This document shows positions 63,416-64,000 of a stretch of DNA of 64,000 bases, piece after piece. Source of the stretch: Planctomycetaceae bacterium (GTDB lineage: Bacteria > Planctomycetota > Planctomycetia > Pirellulales > UBA1268); the NCBI GenBank assembly GCA_947449135.1, contig CANFQO010000002.1:2430-66429 (forward strand), in the 5' to 3' direction. Under the pieces are notes generated by a model. It did not search any database. It saw only the letters and a list, made by a program, of their open reading frames with translations, and was not told the DNA's origin. Position 1 is the first letter of the stretch. Every line of letters starts with the position of its first letter. A program made the position numbers and the translations under genes.

Positions 63416-64000
63416 CTCCGACGTCGTCGTCTCACGAATTCGCCCACGGCCCTGCCGGCCAATCGGGTGCCGAAGGCCGCCGCAAGCCGCCAGCTTCATG
63501 GCTCGGCCTGCGGCCCGGCACGCTTCTGGCACTGGTGGGAATTGCCGTGTTGCTGGTGCCTCTGTCTGCCCTGAGCCAGCCTGCTGACTCGGCGAGCAAG
63601 GGTGGCAAGCTTGCCAAACTCCGTGAAGAGTACGCACTCTCACAGGCGAATCTGGGCGAGATTGATCCCACCAGCGAGTCGATGCGACTGGCAACGCTCG
63701 GGCTCAAGAACGTCGCCGTGACGCTTCTCTGGGATCGGGCCAACCACTACAAGAAGACGGAGGACTGGACGAATCTGTCAGCGGTGCTCGAGCAGATGAC
63801 CAAGCTCCAGCCCAACTTCTATTCGGTCTGGGACTTTCAGGCCCATAACCTTTCGTACAACATCTCGGTCGAGTTTGATGACTATCACGATCGGTATGCT
63901 TGGGTGATGAAGGGGATTGAGTTTCTCAGGCAGGGTATTAGCTACAACCTGCGAGAGCCCCGTCTGTTGGGGCGCATGGGCTGGTTCATCGGCCAGAAGG
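63412..64000 (+). CDS. Hypothetical membrane-anchored protein, third gene of the ABC operon. The 3' end runs off the window, so it is absent from the ORF track.
   Basis: ATG 63412 overlaps the upstream stop (ATGA). The frame is open for 196 codons to the window end (MTPTSSSHEF...LLALVGIAVLLVPLSAL...WDRANHYKKTEDWTNL...). I translated it by hand. Confidence 0.6.
   Translation, partial: MTPTSSSHEFAHGPAGQSGAEGRRKPPASWLGLRPGTLLALVGIAVLLVPLSALSQPADSASKGGKLAKLREEYALSQANLGEIDPTSESMRLATLGLKNVAVTLLWDRANHYKKTEDWTNLSAVLEQMTKLQPNFYSVWDFQAHNLSYNISVEFDDYHDRYAWVMKGIEFLRQGISYNLREPRLLGRMGWFIGQK

Noticed and set aside
1-64000. Scan for rRNA, tRNA, CRISPR arrays, IS elements/transposases, integrases and prophage genes
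   Set aside because: I recognised none by eye in the intergenic regions or the ORF translations. Small RNAs cannot be excluded without covariance-model searches.

Overview
The window is GC-rich bacterial chromosomal DNA, almost certainly from a member of the Planctomycetota. The evidence is a set of signature families: a DUF1559 pseudopilin-like protein with an H-X9-DG motif, a PSCyt1/DUF1549/DUF1553 plus DUF1501 gene pair, a PVC-type CxxCH heme-binding protein, H4MPT-linked fhc genes and a PEP-CTERM protein. I call about 50 protein genes. They include housekeeping loci (rpsL-rpsG, rplM-rpsI, fba, hpt, scpA, hemW, kdsD-kdsC), metabolic modules (eutB-permease-eutC, dgoA-dgoT, fhcC and DUF1080-fhcB-fhcA), and many exported planctomycete-type proteins. 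I recognised no rRNA, tRNA, CRISPR array, transposase or prophage gene by eye. The items most worth follow-up are listed here. (1) A self-contained hotdog-dehydratase / long ACP / hotdog-dehydratase / KAS II module (7754-10818) of unknown product. (2) A divergent three-gene Hsp20 operon framed by a near-consensus sigma-54 promoter and a canonical intrinsic terminator, with U-rich hairpins next to the Shine-Dalgarno (SD) sites. (3) A 1058-aa membrane-anchored protein in the position that lptC-lptA occupy after kdsD-kdsC. (4) A structured intergenic repeat present in two copies, whose terminal stems show compensatory changes. (5) A lipoprotein with eleven G-x-C-x-x pentapeptide repeats. All family assignments come from reading motifs by eye. 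No database search was run.
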